Of a stretch of 27,659 bases of DNA, positions 10,360-21,545 are shown one piece after another. The stretch covers positions 1 to 27,659 of the forward strand of contig CAVYZN010000030.1 of assembly GCA_963773065.1 (NCBI GenBank), written 5' to 3'. The stretch comes from an uncultured Gammaproteobacteria bacterium. Lineage in GTDB: Bacteria > Pseudomonadota > Gammaproteobacteria > UBA9214. Under the pieces are notes generated by a model, which was not told the DNA's origin, searched no databases, and saw only the letters and a list, made by a program, of their open reading frames with translations. The position numbers and the translations under genes are program-made. Position 1 is the stretch's first letter; every line of letters begins with the position of its first letter.

Positions 10360-10389
10360 AAAAAAGGCGGCCCTCAACCGAAGGCCGAC
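10360..10389 (-). terminator. Rho-independent terminator
   Basis: Minus strand reads GTCGGCCTTCGGTTGAGGGCCGCC followed by TTTTTT, just downstream of the ORF ending at 10419. Confidence 0.6.
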
Positions 10390-10418
10390 ACGATGAGATT
10401 AATTTCCGCTTTTAACAT

Positions 10419-10730
10419 CTACCGAACAGGAGGGCCCCAATCGCCATAATCAGGCTTATAGCTACCACGATCGTACCAGTCGCCATAACCCGGACCCCAG
10501 TAGCCTGGACCTCCACGACCCAATCCTGGGCCGTAAGTCGGGGGCTGATCAGGCAGAGAGAGACCCATTGACTCGTCCCGTTTCTTCATTGCTTCATGAT
10601 GTTCAGCGCGATAAGTCTCTCGTTCGCTCGGCGGAGGGATGTGGCGGTCCCTGGATACAAACACCATCAGCGGAAATTCCATGGGACACCCCGGGCGCCG
10701 ATCCCCAACTGTCTCTTGATCATTACCCAT
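10419..10730 (-). pseudogene. Possible fragment of a Gly/Pro/Tyr-tailed hypothetical protein
   Basis: ERETYRAEHHEAMKKR..GLSLPDQPP plus a GPG-repeat tail looks like a real protein C-terminus; no convincing N-terminus or signal peptide; followed by a terminator. Confidence 0.4.
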
Positions 10731-11118
10731 TATCGCGACCTTTAAGTGAAGTATCGAAACGCATGTTTTAAATGCAAGCCGCGGTTGCGAGATTTGATTT
10801 GGTTTTCCCCGGCAACCCCTGTCAGCCGATGATTTGTACCACGCCGCTGCATCACTGCAGGCGCCGAGAGCGTAGGCACTGATACGGATTGTCTGATTCC
10901 CGAGTCGAATAGCACATACATGCAGCCTGAAGTTGCTGTATATTCCAGTTCTAATCATGAAAAATTCCGGTTTATACAGTCACACGCTATGCCCGTAAGT
11001 CCTGCTTGACGTTAATCATGTTGATGCCTAAATTAGCGACTGCTTGTATGGGATGGCCACATAACGAAATGTTTTTACCGGGAAATGATACCTAACAGAG
11101 CAATCTAACCCAACAAAC

Positions 11119-11511
11119 GTGGACAAGGAAAAACGACAACACCCTCGGCTCGATGCAAAAATTCCGGGAAAAGTGCGTCTCTCGAGTGGTGATTTTCTCT
11201 CTGCGCTGATAATCAATTTGTCACTAGGTGGGCTCAAATTCAGCTGCGGGCGTGATACTGCCGACCACATCCTGCCGAAAAACCAGAGAACACCAGGCCA
11301 GGTCATGGGTGTCATGATCGAGATCCAGTTCGATCTGCAACCACCCTCGCAGCCCTTGCTGTCGATAGACGCCACCGCCAGGGTTATACACTCAGAACGG
11401 CTTGCCCAGGATATATTCCACGTCGGCGTACAATTCAGCAAAATCGATGCTGCTGCAGTCCAGACATTGAAAGCGTATATCGATGGACTCAGCAAACAAC
11501 AGCTGACATAG
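11119..11511 (+). CDS. Stand-alone PilZ domain protein (c-di-GMP receptor)
   Basis: EKRQHPR (RxxxR) and INLSLGG (D/NxSxxG) motifs, GVQF near the end. Confidence 0.88.
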   Translation: MDKEKRQHPRLDAKIPGKVRLSSGDFLSALIINLSLGGLKFSCGRDTADHILPKNQRTPGQVMGVMIEIQFDLQPPSQPLLSIDATARVIHSERLAQDIFHVGVQFSKIDAAAVQTLKAYIDGLSKQQLT

Positions 11512-12385
11512 ACAGGTCATCGTTCCAGGCGGTTGCTTCAGTGTCGTACACGGCCATCTGGTCGGCGTTTTTCCTTCGCTGGCAAGTGTCCCTTGTCGGA
11601 CCAATAACCACGGTAATCATGGCGGGATTGATAAAGAGCCATCCCTGGCAGGAGTCGAAACTCCATCGGTCCGTCCCTGTGGTTTAAGCGGTCACTGATA
11701 CCATGCCATGAAAAAATTGGCCCCGCGTCTAGGGGGGCCGAAATAGCCACGGCAGTGTATGGCTATGAGGAGAATATCTATGCGTCTACTCACACACCAT
11801 CCCGGCTGCGAGCAAATTGTAAGCAGCAAAACATATGCCAGAGCGAGGTAATCACATAGGTAACTGAAAACTAGGGAATGTCCCAACGCGACTCATTTAC
11901 CAGGAGTCGCTGACTGCACTTTTATGGGGATACATTGCACCAGAATATCCGGCCATGTGGCAATGTCTGACTATCTTGAAGTCAATCATCGCCCTTGTCT
12001 CCTCGATCATAATAACATCCTAAGAGAGGTTTGGTTCCATTGATGTTGGGTCAGCAATACGCAAGGACTTTTACTTTTAATACAACGTCTTCGCACGTGG
12101 ATCTTGAATCCTGAGCGGTTGGCAACAAGCTGTACGCGGAATTGATGGTTTTGTGGTACTTACATAATGGTGAAATCGTGGTCAGTGATATATGCTTTCA
12201 CGCGATGTCATCAAGGATAGAGCGATAGCAACGGCGTTCAATCCGCCATTTTCATTTATACTTCAGTTAAATCGCCATTGCATTGGTCGATATGGGCGAT
12301 GAAATAAACCCAAGTAATCGAAAATCATCGCAAATCCCACAGGCATGAACTATCAGAATATATGGATGATATATGGATGGGCATT

Positions 12386-12694
12386 ATGCACTCAAAGCTA
12401 TATGCGTTAATCGGTGGGTTTGCAATTGCATGGACCCTTTATCCGGGCACTGGACTGGCCTGCGACCCCAACATGGATGGTTGCCTGGGTTGCAGCGATG
12501 CAGATCTTCCCGTATGCGTGGAGAAAATTGCTATGGAGATATGCTCCAGCAGCGGTGGCTTTGAATACTGCGACAAGATGAGCGCCGAAGAAGAAATCGA
12601 GAGGCTGGTAATCAGAAATACCGGGTTGCATATGTCCAGAGTACGAGCGCTGGTACGGGGCGCAAACCGATACCAGCATCCACACCCGCACTAA
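12386..12694 (+). CDS. Small secreted Cys-rich hypothetical protein
   Basis: Signal peptide ending in GLA, six Cys in the mature part, C-terminal HPHPH. Start could be 12362, 12377 or 12386. Confidence 0.65.
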   Translation: MHSKLYALIGGFAIAWTLYPGTGLACDPNMDGCLGCSDADLPVCVEKIAMEICSSSGGFEYCDKMSAEEEIERLVIRNTGLHMSRVRALVRGANRYQHPHPH

Positions 12695-13005
12695 TCCAGG
12701 CAAAGCATCCACTCCTCCACTTTAAGCCCAAGAAAAAGAAACAAAAAAACCTTACTAAACATCGCCCCTTCCAGAAACACAGCCTCACCCCCCCCTATTA
12801 AATAATCAAGCGACCACTCTATACCACCCCCCTCCTGCTCCCGTCGAAGAACGCTTTCCCTTCCCCCCCAAGCGCCCCCCTCCTCCCCCGCCCCGGGAAC
12901 CCCCACCCCCGGGAACCCCCCCCCCCGCCCCCCCACCCCCCCCCCCCCCCCCCCCCCCCCCCGCTCCCGTCCCTCAAACCCCCAAACCCACTTCCACTTC
13001 ACTTC
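12695..13005. repeat. C-rich low-complexity tract, probably a sequencing or assembly artefact
   Basis: Long C runs, near absence of G on the + strand, no coding sense. Confidence 0.6.
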
Positions 13006-13115
13006 TACTGTTACACAGTGAGAATATGGTGCACAGCGCAGCGCTCTGTTATGCGCGGACTTACATCACACGCAGTCGATCAAAATGCGCTCTGATTGAA
13101 CAGATTGATTAATGT

Positions 13116-13132
13116 TGCACCATACTAGTTCA
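13116..13132. promoter_or_regulatory. NtrC-like upstream activator site
   Basis: TGCACCATACTAGTTCA resembles TGCACCA-N3-TGGTGCA; a second half-site TGGTGCA ends at 13033; about 75-90 bp upstream of a sigma54 promoter. Confidence 0.45.
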
Positions 13133-13205
13133 TGATCCAGCATGCGACAACCCTGGGTTTCAGAATGTTTCCTCTAAATACAGTGAGTTATATAACCCAT
13201 CTTGG

Positions 13206-13221
13206 TGGCACAGTGGTTGCT
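13206..13221 (+). promoter_or_regulatory. Sigma54 (-24/-12) promoter
   Basis: TGGCAC-AGTGG-TTGCT matches the consensus TGGCAC-N5-TTGCW, in AT-rich intergenic DNA. Confidence 0.7.
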
Positions 13222-13538
13222 TAATTTTTTATTGTTCATTATCTGAAACGCCTTAGATTCAACCTGGGCCAGATTGCTTGATAGAAAATTACTCGTACTC
13301 CATATGCGGATGGCGAGTAAAGAAGATGTGCGAGGAATTGCTGGATCGTTCTTGGATAGCACATTCGCTGCCGTTTCTGATCATAGACCTTGCAATGGCT
13401 GATTTTTCATCAGGTTTTGATTACTGGGAATATTTTTCCACCAATGCTCGAAGATAAAGTGTGCCATCGTCGCTTGTTAACTGTTTGCAACCCATAATTA
13501 AAACAACGAAGAGTGGCCGCAGTATTACGAGATTTGCT

Positions 13539-13637
13539 ATGAGAGAAACAATTCGTGCCTTCCTGCTTGGTATCCTCATTCTCGCGGCAGCGTTAACACC
13601 CCCAGTCATTCTCCTGATGCAGCATTTCAGGCACTAA
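13539..13637 (+). CDS. Putative 32-aa single-pass membrane protein
   Basis: MRETIRAFLLGILILAAALTPPVILLMQHFRH: charged ends around a hydrophobic core of about 20 aa. Below the ORF-track cutoff; RBS is weak. Confidence 0.45.
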   Translation: MRETIRAFLLGILILAAALTPPVILLMQHFRH

Positions 13638-14250
13638 TTTGGCCGAGTTGAATGTATTGGTCATTGTATCCTTCAATAACGGCGGGCAAACCGCCTGCGC
13701 ACTATCTCAAACCTCCATGGTAAAAAACACGTGAGTCTGACTTGAATCCAGATTGACAGGACAGTCTGAAGACACCGGGTAAGGGCGGGTTTCTCCAGGT
13801 GACGACCTCACAGGTTACCTCCCGCCCTTGCCGCTTCACATGACCGGTAGGAGGAATTTTTCCTCCGAAAGAAAACTTGAGTCTTGATGCAAAGAGCTGT
13901 ATCAAGACTTCCATTCAGGCACCAGTTGTTTCGCGCACACAAGACGAACCACCGATCGGTAGGGTCGTCGGCAAGTATTCATTGATGTCCTGGAGAGTCC
14001 TGGGAAACATCAATGATTTCACCATGTTTTGGTAGACAGCCCGCATGGCCGAAAAATGACGATGCCGTGTCAAGGCATGAAATCCATGCCTATTTGTTTA
14101 ATTATCATGCTACTATTCCGCACCTAAATTATGGGGTGGGGATTATTGCCCGAACGTCGACTCCAGAAACTGTACGGGTGGCGTCGACCAGGGCTTCCCT
14201 GGTACCCGACATTTTCTAATTCACCATGTCGATCTACTGAGGAACTGAAG

Positions 14251-15075
14251 ATGAAAATAATAACGTTGCACACACTGAATGCGCTGATTGCATGTGCTTT
14301 CGCCGCCTCAACAGCAATGGCCTACGACGAGGTCTCAGGGGAGGTCGCCGCGAAGGCCGGCGGATTCCTCGGCCTCGGCATCAGCTACCGACCGGACTAT
14401 GAGGGGTCTGACAACTATGAGGCGGGTATTGTCCCCTTCGGCCGCTACAATCTGGAAAGCGGCCGCTATGTCAGCCTTGGCGGCACCGCGGGCAGCGAGC
14501 GTGCCATGCGCCTCAAAATAAATATCCTGACGAAGGAGACGGGCTGGGAAATCGGTCCGGTGGTGCAGTACCGTCTGAAGCGCGATGGTGATGTTGAAAA
14601 CAACAAGGTTGCCCACATGCAGACCGTTCCCAAGGAAACGGAGGCAGGCGGTTTCCTTGGCTGGCATGCGGATCGCCTGTCAGCCAGCCTGACCGGAGTC
14701 TACGACATATCAGGTGAAAGTAACGGCACCCTGTTTTATCTCAACGGCGGCTACAAGATCCCGGTCAATGACCGCTTCGAGATGGCGCTTGGTGCACAAA
14801 CCACCTGGGCATCTGATGATTACATGCAAGCCTATTTCGGCGTGTCCAGCCCAAATGCCGCGAACAGCGGTTTGCCGCGATACACCGCCGGCAACGGCAT
14901 CAAGGATGCCGGGGTAAGTCTGACCGGACACTACAAGTTCACGAAGACCTGGGGCATGCTTGGCAATGTGGGTTATACGCGGATGATGAATGACGCCGAA
15001 GACAGCCCCCTCGTTAAGAACGTGGGTGACGAAAACCAGTACACCGCGATACTCGCGGTTACCTACAACTTTTAA
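14251..15075 (+). CDS. MipA/OmpV family outer-membrane protein
   Basis: GAGGA RBS, signal peptide (AMA), PDYEGSD, WASDDYMQAYFGVS, AEDSPLV, terminal YNF. Confidence 0.9.
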   Translation: MKIITLHTLNALIACAFAASTAMAYDEVSGEVAAKAGGFLGLGISYRPDYEGSDNYEAGIVPFGRYNLESGRYVSLGGTAGSERAMRLKINILTKETGWEIGPVVQYRLKRDGDVENNKVAHMQTVPKETEAGGFLGWHADRLSASLTGVYDISGESNGTLFYLNGGYKIPVNDRFEMALGAQTTWASDDYMQAYFGVSSPNAANSGLPRYTAGNGIKDAGVSLTGHYKFTKTWGMLGNVGYTRMMNDAEDSPLVKNVGDENQYTAILAVTYNF

Positions 15076-15225
15076 ACCGGCGGGATACGCCTCTGCTCGA
15101 TGCTGTTTCGACGGGACCGGCACTGGAGAGGCAAAGTGGTGAGGAAATAGGGAAAAGGGTGGGGCAGGCCATGAGCAATTAACCCGGACGGCTGTGCATC
15201 TCCCACGATTTGTCCATGAGCATGT

Positions 15226-15435
15226 TCAGCCTTCCGCGACGTAATCATCCGAGGCGCTACCCTCAAGGACAATCTCATGGTCTTCACCGAGGGCGAGATA
15301 TATCTGCCGGTCCTCTTCGTTCTCAAAGTATATCTCGATACCATTATCACCATCGCCCTCGTAAAGGCAGGGTGCTGAGTCCAGGTTGGTTACTTCGTGC
15401 CAACTGATGGGATCCATCGTGCAACGGATGTTCAT
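15226..15435 (-). CDS. Small acidic hypothetical protein, YHS/TRASH-like pattern
   Basis: GAGGAGG RBS; 69 aa with CTMDPIS..V and IYFENEEDR..YL. Confidence 0.65.
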   Translation of the reverse strand: MNIRCTMDPISWHEVTNLDSAPCLYEGDGDNGIEIYFENEEDRQIYLALGEDHEIVLEGSASDDYVAEG

Positions 15436-15612
15436 GTTGCTAACCTCCTCAACGCATAACAGCGTGACAATTATCTTCATCAAACTGCGGAATGACACTG
15501 TCTTTGACTGTGCTATACATGACACACCTCTGTCATCGATCCACGCTTTTCCCTGTAAAACCAGTATTGCCGTCTGACTCCATCAACTCCCTCTGAACGA
15601 TGGACCCCGCTC

Positions 15613-16707
15613 TCAGGCATAGTTCACCAGCCTTACGGGTAAGCGCCTGCTTCCCCAGTTGCCATGCCGGGGCTCCAGAACGCCGGGGCAGGCCGCATGG
15701 CAGTAGGGGCAAAGGCCACTGTCCGTCAGATTCCATTCGGTAATGACATACCAGTCTCTTCCAATCAGCTTGCCGCCGCATTGGTAGCAATAGGTACTGC
15801 CGCCCGCCTCATCGTGAACATTTCCCGTGTAGGAGTAACGGACACCGTTTTTCTGGGCTATGCGGCGTGCCCGACTCAGCGTTTCCGCCGGGGTGTGGGG
15901 TTTGTCGAGCATCTTCCAGTCGGGATGGAAGGCGGTAAAATGCATGGGAACATCCGGTCCCAGATTCTCCACCACCCATTGCGTCATTTCCTCCAGCTCC
16001 ATGTCTGAGTCATTTTCATCGGGTATGAGTAAGTTGGTGATTTCAAACCAGACGTCGGTTTCCCGCTTCAGGAATGTCAGGGTATCCAACACCGGCTGCA
16101 GGTGACCGCCGCATATCTTCCAGTAAAACCGTTCGGTAAAGGCTTTCAGGTCCACGTTGGCCGCATCCATATAGCGGTAGAACTCCACGCGCGGTTCCTC
16201 GCACATATAGCCCGCCGTGACCGCTACCGCCTTGATGCCCACTTCATGACATGCCTGCGCCACTTCAATGGCGTACTCCAGAAAAACCACCGGATCGTTA
16301 TAGGTATAGGCGGTGCTCCGGCAGCCCAGTTTGCGGGCCACGCGGGCGATTTTTTCGGGCGATGCCTGATCCGCCAGGGTGTCGATCTCGCGCGATTTGC
16401 TGATATCCCAGTTCTGACAAAACTTGCAGGCAAGATTACAACCGGCCGTACCGAATGACAGTACCGGCGTTCCGGGTAAGAAATGATTCAGGGGCTTCTT
16501 TTCAATGGGATCAACACAGAAGCCGCTGGAACGGCCGTAGCTGGTAAGCACGATCTGCGCGCCCTGGTTCGCCCTGACGAAACATAGACCCTGCTGATCT
16601 TCCTGTAATTTGCAGGCACGCGGGCAAACATCACATTGTACCCGCCCGTCATCCAGACTGTGCCAGTAGTGTGTGGGAACAATGGAATTCTCAACGATGG
16701 CATGCAC
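15613..16707 (-). CDS. amrS: AmmeMemoRadiSam system radical SAM enzyme
   Basis: CDVCPRAC...GLCFVR, DPIEKKPLNHF, GCNLACKFCQNWDIS (CX3CX2C), AYTYNDP, C-terminal CYQC/CPYC. Confidence 0.92.
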   Translation of the reverse strand: MHAIVENSIVPTHYWHSLDDGRVQCDVCPRACKLQEDQQGLCFVRANQGAQIVLTSYGRSSGFCVDPIEKKPLNHFLPGTPVLSFGTAGCNLACKFCQNWDISKSREIDTLADQASPEKIARVARKLGCRSTAYTYNDPVVFLEYAIEVAQACHEVGIKAVAVTAGYMCEEPRVEFYRYMDAANVDLKAFTERFYWKICGGHLQPVLDTLTFLKRETDVWFEITNLLIPDENDSDMELEEMTQWVVENLGPDVPMHFTAFHPDWKMLDKPHTPAETLSRARRIAQKNGVRYSYTGNVHDEAGGSTYCYQCGGKLIGRDWYVITEWNLTDSGLCPYCHAACPGVLEPRHGNWGSRRLPVRLVNYA

Positions 16708-17031
16708 GGATATAACCCCGCTTTAAAAACGTATCATTCAACTCTTTCTTAAAATATAGCCCAACACCGCAGAGATGACCTACGAGCAGTTACCAAGACG
16801 TTCGTTAATTGAACAACTTTGAAACGACGCGGTCCGGTGTGTGCTTGTCGGGACCATGTGCCGTCAGGATGGCGCCTGACGCGTAATTTCCTGCCTCGGT
16901 GGTTCCTTTTGCAACGATGGCCTGGGTTACCGATATGTCAAACCTATTGGCATATTTCCCGCCCCTCGTGGACAGGGTATCGCTCAGGCAACACCTATCG
17001 GGGCTGTTACCGCCCTGCGGTAACCAACCAA

Positions 17032-17064
17032 TTACTTGACTAATTTACTAGGTTATTATACTGT
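17032..17064 (+). promoter_or_regulatory. IscR type-1-like site overlapping a sigma70 promoter of the suf operon
   Basis: TTACTTGACTAATTTACTAGGTTAT closely resembles the E. coli iscR operator as I recall it (ATAGTTGACCAATTTACTCGGGAAT); TTGACT-17 bp-TACTGT. Confidence 0.65.
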
Positions 17065-17151
17065 TTAATTCACAGCATCGGATCGAGCATAGTTTATAAT
17101 CTATATATTTATCAATGTGTTATGATTTTGTCTCTTCAGCAGGAGCAATTT

Positions 17152-18596
<1,445 letters not shown>

Positions 18597-18613
18597 TAGT
18601 CACAGGAGTCCGA

Positions 18614-19373
18614 ATGCTCTCGATAAGAAACCTGCATGCATCGGTCGATGACACGCCGATACTCCATGGCATCGACCTGGAGGTAAAGGCGGGCGAGGTG
18701 CACGCCATCATGGGACCGAACGGCTCTGGCAAGAGCACCTTCGCAAACGTGCTCGCCGGGCGGGAACAGTACGCAGTCACGCAAGGCGAGGTGCATTACA
18801 AGGGTCAGGACCTGCTCGCCATGAGTCCTAAGATCGGCGAGGGCCGGCGTTTTTCTCGCCTTTCAGTATCCCGTTGAAATTCCCGGTGTCAGCAATATCT
18901 ATTTCCTTAAGGCGGCGCTCAATGCCATCCGCAAGTACCGCGGACTGGAAGAGCTGGATGCCATGGATTTCATTTCCCTGGTCAAGGAAAAGGTGGAGAT
19001 GGTGAAAATGGATGAGGCGCTGATTTACCGCTCCGTCAACGAGGGCTTCTCCGGCGGGGAGAAAAAGCGTAACGAGATATTGCAGATGATGGTGCTCGAA
19101 CCGGCGCTGGCCATCCTTGATGAAACGGATTCAGGACTGGATATCGATGCCCTGAAAACGGTAGCCGATGGCGTCAATCAGCTACGCAGTGATACGCGCG
19201 CATTTATTATTGTCACCCATTATCAGCGCTTGTTGCACTACATCCAGCCTGACTATGTCCATGTGCTTGCGAGTGGAGCATCGTCAGAGTCAGGCGGCCC
19301 CGAACTGGCGCTCGAACTGGAAGCGCGCGGCTATGGATGGCTGAATGAGATAACCGCAGGCGCCGCAAGATGA
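18614..19373 (+). CDS. sufC: Fe-S cluster assembly ATPase SufC (frameshifted)
   Basis: HAIMGPNGSGKST, FLAFQYPVEIPGV, VNEGFSGGEKKRNE, LDETDSGLDIDAL. Confidence 0.95.
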
Positions 19374-20723
19374 ATCTTGCACATACCGTCTACAGCGATG
19401 AATTCCGGGAACGGCGAACACCCTGCCGGGATCGCATGCACCCTGGGTCCGGGCGCTGCGCGCGGATGCCATGGAGATTTTTCTGGAAAAGGGTTTCCCG
19501 GACATGCGCATGGAAGAATGGAAATATACCGATATACGCACCCTGACAAGACATCACTTCACACCGAGTCCCGGATCAGCGGATATCCATGAGTCATCGC
19601 TTGCAGACCCGGCTGCTCAATAATGAACCGGCGCACCGACTGGTGTTTGTCGATGGTCATTTTGCGCCTGAAATGTGTCCGTTCAACACCTTGTTGACAC
19701 GGAGTTACGATCACCAGTCTGGCTTACGCACTGGACAACAGGCCGGAGGAACTCGAGGCCTGGCTGGGTCACAATGCCGATTTGTATAAACCGGGCTTCA
19801 ATGCCCTCAACACCGCCTTCATGAGCGACGGCGCCTATATCAACCTAGCGCCTGATGTGGTGCTCGAACAACCGATTCATTTGTTGTTTATTGCCACCGG
19901 GAGACCGGACACGGTAGCGACACTGAGGAATATCATCGTTGCCGGTGCAAGAAGCAAGGCACGGATCGTGGAATCCTATATTGCCCTGAATGATGCCGCC
20001 TATCTACCAACACGGTCACGGAAATCATCACCGGCGACAGCGCCGACATCGAACATTACAAACTGGAACAGGAAAGTGAATCCGCTTACCACATGGCGGG
20101 CATTTATGTAAAACAGGAACGTGACAGCCACTACACCTCCCACAATATTGCACTCCGCGGTTTGCTGGTAAGAAATGATCTTCATGTAGCCCTTAACGAA
20201 TTCTGGTGCCGACTGTACGTTAAACGGCCTGTATATCACCCGGGGACGCCAGCATGTGGACAACCACACATGGATTGATCACAACAAGCCGCAGACAACC
20301 AGCAACCAATGGTACAAGGGGGTGCTGGACGACGTTCCCGGGCTGTTTTCAACGGCCGCGTGGTGGTGCACAAGGACGCGCAAAAAACCACCGCCCGGCA
20401 GAGCAACCACAACCTGCCGTTGTCCGGCGAATGCCGAGGTGGATGCCAAACCGCAACTTGAGATCTATGCCGATGACGTCAAGTGCGCGCACGGTTGTAC
20501 CGTCGGCCAACTCGATGCGAGGCGCTGTTCTATCTCCGTTCCCGCGCCGTGGATGCCGCGACAGCGCGGAGTATTCCTTGTTTATGCCTTTGCAGCCGAC
20601 GTGCTGGAGCGCATTCAATTGCGTCCTGTCCGCCAACTACTGGAGCAGGAACTCGACTGTCCGTCTGCATGGATACAGAAACATTCAGGAGACTGCATCA
20701 GGAACAGGTGGTTCATTGAATGA
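19370..20723 (+). CDS. sufD: Fe-S cluster assembly protein SufD (many frameshifts; 3' end uncertain)
   Basis: ATGA overlap with sufC; EEWKYT, LVFVDG, FNALNTAF, HVDNHTWIDH, KPQLEIYADDVKCAHG, ALFYLRSR across frames. Confidence 0.9.
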
Positions 20724-20743
20724 ACACCAGGGAAGCCAGAACG

Positions 20744-21196
20744 ATGTCATACCTTCGCCAGCTCTATGAGGAAATGATCCTCGATCACAATCGCAATCCG
20801 CGCAACTATCTCAAGGTGCCGGAGGCTGCCAACCGTCATGCGCGTGGTTTTAACCCGATCTGTAATGACGAGTTTACCGTCCATCTCAGGGTGAAAGACG
20901 GTATTGTCGAAGATGTCGGCTTCGAGGGTTCCGGTTGTGCCATTTCTACCGCCTCGGCATCGATGATGACGGAAAGTATCAAGGGGAAAACGGAAGCGGA
21001 GGTGCGGGCCCTTTTCCATGGCGTACATAACCTGCTGACCGAAGAAGGACCGGCCGGGGACGTGGGCAAACTGTAGGTACTGGCCGGCGTCCACGAATAC
21101 CCGATGCGCATCAAGTGCGCCACCCTGCCCTTGGCATACCCTGCATGCGGCGCTGAATGAAGAAAGATAAAATCGGTCTCCACGGAAACCCGATGA
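20744..21196 (+). CDS. sufU: SUF system NifU-family protein SufU (internal TAG and a frameshift)
   Basis: LYEEMILDHNRNPRN, NPICND, GSGCAISTASASMM, GKL*VLAGVHEYPMRIKCATL, then WHTLHAAL. Confidence 0.9.
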
Positions 21197-21526
21197 ACCG
21201 CACAGAGAAAAAGTCTCATGCACAACCTCCTCGAGGAACAGGTCATCCAGGCCCTGCGGGAGATTTATGATCCGGAGCTGCCGGTCAATATCTATGACCT
21301 CGGCCTGATTTACGACCTCGAGCTCGATGCGGCGTCAGGTACGGTAGAATCAAAATGACATTGACGGCACCGGCCTGACCGTCGCCCAGTCCTTCCCCGC
21401 CACGGTCGATGCGCGGTGCGCCAGGTTCCCGGCATCCGGGAAGCCAGGGTCGAGCTGGTCTGGGATCCCCCCTGGAGCCGGGAGCGCATGTCCGAGGCAG
21501 CGCGCCTGACACTGGGAATGTATTAA
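21193..21526 (+). CDS. DUF59/SufT-like Fe-S maturation protein (frameshifted, absent from ORF track)
   Basis: ALREIYDPELPVNIYDLGLIY, MTLTAP, VELVWDPPWSRERMSEAARLTLGMY read directly from the DNA. Confidence 0.88.
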
Positions 21527-21545
21527 AGCAGGACCGGAGGGGTGT

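Noticed and set aside
11006-11019. FNR-like box TTGAC-N4-ATCAT
   Set aside because: Two mismatches and no supporting promoter geometry.
12691-13002. Gly-rich ORF or G-quadruplex element
   Set aside because: Derived from a strand-biased C-rich tract typical of base-calling failure.
13830-13876. Glutamine (glnA) or c-di-GMP riboswitch in the hairpin cluster
   Set aside because: Only a GUA/GAA-flanked hairpin and an upstream GGCAAACC fragment match; the conserved closing stems are missing.
21074-21076. In-frame TAG in sufU as pyrrolysine or stop-codon recoding
   Set aside because: Falls at a non-conserved position in an error-dense region, and TAG is used as a normal stop elsewhere in the window.
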